A DNA stretch of 56,678 nucleotides, the filler included, from Bipalium vagum (lineage: Eukaryota), in NCBI GenBank assembly GCA_037834085.1. It is 3 parts of 3 records of this genome, joined end to end, with 100 filler letters (N's around TTAATTAATTAA, not from the genome) between each part and the next. Parts side by side here need not be neighbours in the genome. Positions count along the whole stretch, not along the records: positions 39,847 to 56,678 come from JBBMKC010091077.1; 2 more parts are not named here. One strand, given 5' to 3'. Shown one piece after another: positions 51,201 to 56,678 of this stretch. The translations under genes and the position numbers were made by a program. The first letter of the stretch is position 1. Every line of letters starts with the position of its first letter. The notes below the pieces were generated by a model. That model did not search any database. It saw only the letters and a list, made by a program, of their open reading frames with translations, and was not told the DNA's origin.

Positions 51201-53395
51201 GCAATTATTATTCAACAATTTCGTTATATGATTAAAATTAGTTCTGCTTAATGCTTTCAACATTTTAACTAATCGGCCAATTATTTTTCATTTACAATTT
51301 TATTAAAAATCAATAATTAAATTTAAATCATTAATTATTATTAATTAGGAAATATTTTAATCTTCGTTATACAATTTGGAATTTATTTCTATTATGGAAA
51401 CAAATTTAATTGAATGCAATTTCTTGTCATTAAACATTTTGTGAAAGTAATTTTATTTTCTATTTAAGATTGAGTAAATATAAAAATGTCTTAAAAATAA
51501 GATCAACATTAGACTTTTATTTATTCTCATAAGTATTAATTGATAATGATCCATTTATGTCTTGAAAATGTATTTGTTAGATAGATTTTAACTTGACCTA
51601 CAGTGCACAGACTAAAGTGAAAAAACCATGGACTATGCATTAATGACACAATGAACTCTGAAAATGTTTGGATATGAGGTGTTCAGTCCAAAGTCTTATC
51701 TCAGCTATTACCAAAGGTTTTCTCAATGAAAAATGGAATTTCACCATAACCTCTGGAAAATAAATTCCAGGCTAAATGAGAAAACATTCGAATTTTATAA
51801 ACACCCCAAAAATAATTATATATTCGATAAATGAATGATTTTTAATTTCCACTTTTACATTTTCGTTTTATAAAATCAATGATCCTTTCCCATTGAATAA
51901 CAAAATGTGGGTTTTATGTAAATAAAAAGGAAATATTAAAATAAATATGGCCGCAGATCACAATACATGTTCAACATGGATGATCGAAAATCGAAGAAAG
52001 TTATTGTTACGAATCAAAATTTTAATCTATTTTATAAATCAATGTTGTTAATGACATGTTTACAAAAGTTCCAAGGCAAATATTAAAATAATCAATAATA
52101 TTTTGAAGTAACATGAAATGGCAAAGCAAAAAATAGCTATTTTATTCCTATGATAGTTCGCAATTGTCATTCTGCTGCTGATTCTTTTGGATAGTCGTCA
52201 AAAACACGGGCAAAAGAAAATCCTAAAAGAGAAAAAGGGCATAAGAAATTTCTGTCGATTTCAGTACAGGTCTTTTCAATGACCCCATCTGATATGATAA
52301 AAATGCTCACTAGGCGCAATGCAACCAATAACGTGTACGTATTTGACAAAAATATCGCCAAATTTACCAATACTTCGACCCTTTTCTCTAAAACTGGCAC
52401 ATACTGAATAGGTTATAGGTTGTAACAGAAACAATTTCTTAAATTTGAAATCAATTTAGTTTATTTTCCATTAAAAAAAGTTAATACGGATTTTTCCGCT
52501 TTTTATATCATTTCTCTTACAATTTAAATTCCACAATAAAACATTACCAACGTTGTTAAATAATAATTGGAGACAAAAAACTTCTCACTATCACCTACAC
52601 AAATAAATCATTCAACGAATTTTTCTAAGAAAAACCGTATTATAATATTGAACAATAATTATTGAAGCAGAAAAAAACAATAATATTGTTTAATAATCTT
52701 GAATCTCTGTTACGTTTTAAAAATGAAGCATATTATTTGTGAGAGAGAAAGCGTTTTCAGTCAAATAAAGTCCACATGAAACGAATGACAATGCGTAAAC
52801 CAAATCTAAACTCAGTACAGTTAAAATTTCTAAGTAAAATTTCAGTACAAGTTAAAATTTCCAACTAAGCGCTTTTTCAAAGTAATCAATAACTAATCGT
52901 TGTTAAGCAACATATCATAAATAAATTTTATTGTTTTTCTTTTCTATTCTGAAAAGACGCTTGGAACATACTGTCACTGAGTTTCATATAACAAATTTTG
53001 ATTTAAATGATAAATTAATTGACTTAAATAATTTACGAAAATAACTAAATAAATTACTTTAAGAAAACTACGAGCAGCATTGGTGATCTGATACAAATAC
53101 GTCTCCATGGTTATGACTGTATCATATTCGCCTTTTGGGTCACTTTTGTACTTCAATACAGCAAAGTGTGGATTGATTTGAACGAGTCTTTTCAAATTTT
53201 CTGGAATTGTTTCTTTCGGTAAATTCTTGCTCTCTTCGTCAATATTCGAATAAATTCTGTCCTCGTTAATTCTCACTGGAAATCAAAATATTATTAGATA
53301 GTTGTTAATGAGAACAAATGTTTGTTCAAAGCATTGCGTTAATGTTAAAATGGTTGCAAAAAGCCGAATCTTTTACCTGTTATATGTTGTGACAT
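45206..53395 (-). CDS. ACSBG2: Long-chain-fatty-acid--CoA ligase, ACSBG/bubblegum family (~651 aa, 10 exons)
   Basis: Exons 53377-53395 (start uncertain), 53058-53275, 50436-50741, 50237-50386, 49990-50184, 47065-47436, 45838-46069, 45646-45785, 45345-45591 and 45206-45282, all GT-AG and phase-consistent. Motifs: GFNHPAWFI...GIYTTNS, IYTSGTTGLPKGVMLSHDN, SYLPLSHIAA, FAQPDALKGSL, IYGMSEC.GPH, GWLHSGDLG, GRIKELIITAGGENI, ELGPTMKLKR. Confidence 0.95.
48743..48797 (+). ncRNA. Candidate minimal type I hammerhead ribozyme (Penelope-associated type), possibly degenerate
   Basis: Core CUGAUGA (48753), then A, stem II GAAC[UGGAAAA]GUUU, GAAA, and palindromic stem III AC-AU-GU with a GUU site. Stem I is UGA/UCA plus distal UUAUU/AAUAA. 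Confidence 0.5.
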
Positions 53396-55209
53396 CGATA
53401 TAGCATTCTGAGTTCTATAGTGGGAATAATAAAAGGATTTTCATCACATCTAATTAAATGCATATATATACATACCCACGATCTCCTATTTTTTCCATTT
53501 AAATTGCAAATTGAAACAAGCAGTAATATCGTACCACTCTGTTTTACTATTTATCATTGCCAAGGTCATTGTGTAATACAGCAAGCTATGTTTTCATTGG
53601 ATAGAAAATGTTTAGTTTGAAACTTGTTTTTTAATTTTTTTGATTATTTAATTGTTTTATTTGAAAATGAATTCAATTTTACTAAGACTGTCAATTATCT
53701 CTAATCATAATAATCACATTGGTTGAATGGTGCACAGGAATAAAACGATTGAACTTAGAGCAGCCAGTCTTTGAACATTAACTATGATGTGATATCGAAA
53801 ATAAACAAGATGTCGTAAGGGTAATTTAAATAATTGTGGACTTAGGCAATCTAATTCTTTAATTAGAATGAATGTGTGAATCAGTTGTTTACTGTAAGAT
53901 AAACTTTAATTAATCAAGTATTAAACAATGTTATGCAATTTTCCCGTATTAATAATTGATAAACTAATTAAATTGAGTTACATGTAAGGAAATAGTAATT
54001 TTGTTGTAAATGACTTATAAAGTCTATTAATTTTTTTGAGTATTCAAAATCTCTATTATTTTAAATTAATACAAAAGCTGGTAAGTCTCAATAATTTTTG
54101 CTTATCCAGTCATTTTAGCTGAATGTAATCCTCGTTTTTTATAATTTAAAAAGAATATTATTTAAACAAGACTTATTTAAAATATTTTATTAATAAAAGA
54201 AAATGAAGTTAAAATAAAACAATCTTTGTAAAATTTATTGTAATTGTATAATACCTTTTAATTCTTGTTTGTCTGATTAATAATATCCTAAATTATGTAA
54301 TTTAACAAAGTTAAATGATTGTATAGGAACTACTTCCTCTTTATAATCTAAAATTATATATTATATTATAAAAATATTTATCTTTAAAATTATGCATTTA
54401 ATTTTTTTATCTTTAACATACTCGATTTATTTATTATATTTACTGAAAATTGTGTAATTTAGTTGTAAAGATAATTATTTACTCATGAAAGTTGTGGACA
54501 CTCCCAAAACCAAAAACAATTAGTAAAAAGTAAGAAAATTGAAATAACAATGTACTGTCTCCGTATTCATATATCTCTTGCTATTGAGAACGTAAAATTT
54601 ATATGTAAATATAGTGTGTAATATTATGTAAAAGGAAAAAAAAGAGAAACTCAAAATATTTAAATATCCTTCTTTCTTTACTAATTAAACTGTGTAATGT
54701 GAAAATAATATTTATTAATCTAAATATACAAGGTTAAATATAAAAAAGAATTATATAAATAAAATAATCCTATTTGATGAATAATTGTACATAAAATTAA
54801 AAAAAATAAATTAGTGATATACAGTTACTAATAATACAAAAATTATAAAAAAAATACTATTAATAGAAAATCCTAAAAATTTACGGTACTTTTGAAAATA
54901 TCACGATACTATTTTTTAAAATAAATATAATGAAATTAATATGAATTAGACACATCTTTCAAAGAAAAGCAACGAAAATCAAAACGAGAAATAAAAATGT
55001 ATATAAGGCAAGTGTCAAGATAGAAAAAGATATTTTAAATTATGATTTTAAAAGTTCTAAGATAAATTGGCTTGTTACTTATGAAATTTCATTTTTTTCT
55101 GATTTTTTTCAAAAACTCTTAAGTTTGTCAAAAATAACTTAATTTCATCAAAATATGCACTATTACAATCAATACAACATTACAAAATAAAAATCTTTTA
55201 CAGTTGTTA

Positions 55210-55900
55210 AAAACATATACAAAATTAATTCAGCTGCAGTTCGTCAAATAGTGATCACAGTCTTCCATGAATGAAAGCTTTTAAGTACTTGTTTTGGTTT
55301 TTGATTCACATCCAACCATTGTGCTGATCTTCGCCAATTACCATATAAGAGCCACTTTTCGACAAAGTTACAATTCGAGGCAAAAATGGATTTTTCCGGT
55401 TTAGAATATTGAAAGAATAACAATTTTTGAATTTCATACTTTCTTGCTTATCATTTAATTTGTGTAGTATTAATTTATCGTGCTTTCTCACTTCACCAAG
55501 ATCTTGAAGATGCCAGGAAATAGTTGACTTGATGAAACTCAATTCTTCAACTATTTATCTATCCGACGTTTCAGTTACCGCTTTCAAACGGTCCTTACTT
55601 ACGACAGTAGACGGGTTTCTACTGTCATCATTTTCAATGCTGAAGTTACTACTTCTAAATTTCTGAAAATATTTTTGTGTTGATTTTTCGCTTACAAGAC
55701 CATTATCCCACTATTAATTAATATTAATAATCTAGTTGCTTCTGATGCATTATGATGAAACTTGAATTCATAAATAATACAAATTCGAATATGTTGTTCA
55801 ATTGTGTTCTGAAAATTGCAAAAGTAACGTAATTTTAAATTGAAATTACTTTTAGAATTACCAGAAAAGCGAAATTGGCTCTTCAATTTGATAAATTAAA
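55210..55900 (-). mobile_element. Mariner 5' transposase relic
   Basis: QHIRICIIYEFKFHHNASEATR, STISWHLQDLGEVRKHDKLILHKL and KNPFLPRIVT. Confidence 0.85.
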
Positions 55901-56602
55901 CCATTATTATAATAAAAAATTTTTGATTAACAAATCTTTGGTATAATAAAATTAAAATACCTCATTTCACGAGGGATAACACGATAGATAACTGATAACA
56001 ATAAATCGACTTTTCCATAGGTAAAAACTTATTACAAAATTTTAACGTAAAAGTTTTTAAGTGTTATATTCAAAAAAAATTTTTGTTACATATATATAAT
56101 ATTATATATATGATTAAAATTTCGTGACCCTTTCACTTATGTTATTATAAGGTTGAGTCAAAACAGTCACATTATTATATTTTTCATTACACTGTTATAA
56201 TCATTATACAGATGAATCACAAGCAATTAGCATAAATCGTCAAAAATATCAAATAGTGAGTTACAGATGATCGCAAATTGCCAAAGTATCAACCGAATCA
56301 ATAGTCGAGTAATATTAATTGAATAAAAAATACAGAAATCGAATTGTTCAAAAGCTAATAGATAATAATCGATGTATTTTAAGATAAATTCTTTAAAAGC
56401 AAATAAAAATTCAAATAATTTTTCAAAATCAAATAATTCTAATCAACGTTTAAAACGGCTAATAATTACATAAAGAGACATTAATTTAAAAAGTAAAATA
56501 ATAAAAAACAACTCACAAATCATGGGGATGAGTCCATGTGTTGTCTGATAAGCCAACACCAGAAAGGTTAAAGACGACCGAACAGAACACGATTCATCAT
56601 TG

Positions 56603-56603
<1 letters not shown>

Positions 56604-56678
<75 letters not shown>
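56604..56678. repeat. (AAT)n microsatellite at window end
   Basis: Direct reading of the sequence. Confidence 0.95.

Overview
Very AT-rich eukaryotic (metazoan-like) nuclear DNA. It comprises three contigs joined by two artificial 100-nt spacers (44N-TTAATTAATTAA-44N), so adjacency across the gaps is not guaranteed. Four spliced host genes can be reconstructed with consistent GT-AG phases and many 42-77 nt introns: the 3' part of a divergent nicastrin-like gene (+), FAM221B-like (-), a compact KH+Tudor AKAP1/Spoonbill-like gene (+) and an ACSBG/bubblegum acyl-CoA synthetase (-). The rest is mostly decayed mobile DNA: one full-length degenerate mariner with TIRs and TA TSD, many mariner/Tc1/pogo relics, MITEs, LINE and Penelope-like relics, and a tRNA-Ala-derived segment. 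The most notable items are a decayed Polinton/Maverick-type protein-primed DNA polymerase B, interrupted by a Tigger element and carrying two GC-rich double-hairpin inserts in frame; a candidate minimal hammerhead ribozyme in an ACSBG intron; and a strand-biased hydrophobic-coding block at 1-745 that resembles divergent mitochondrial nad genes (possible NUMT). All family assignments come from motif recognition by eye, not database searches.
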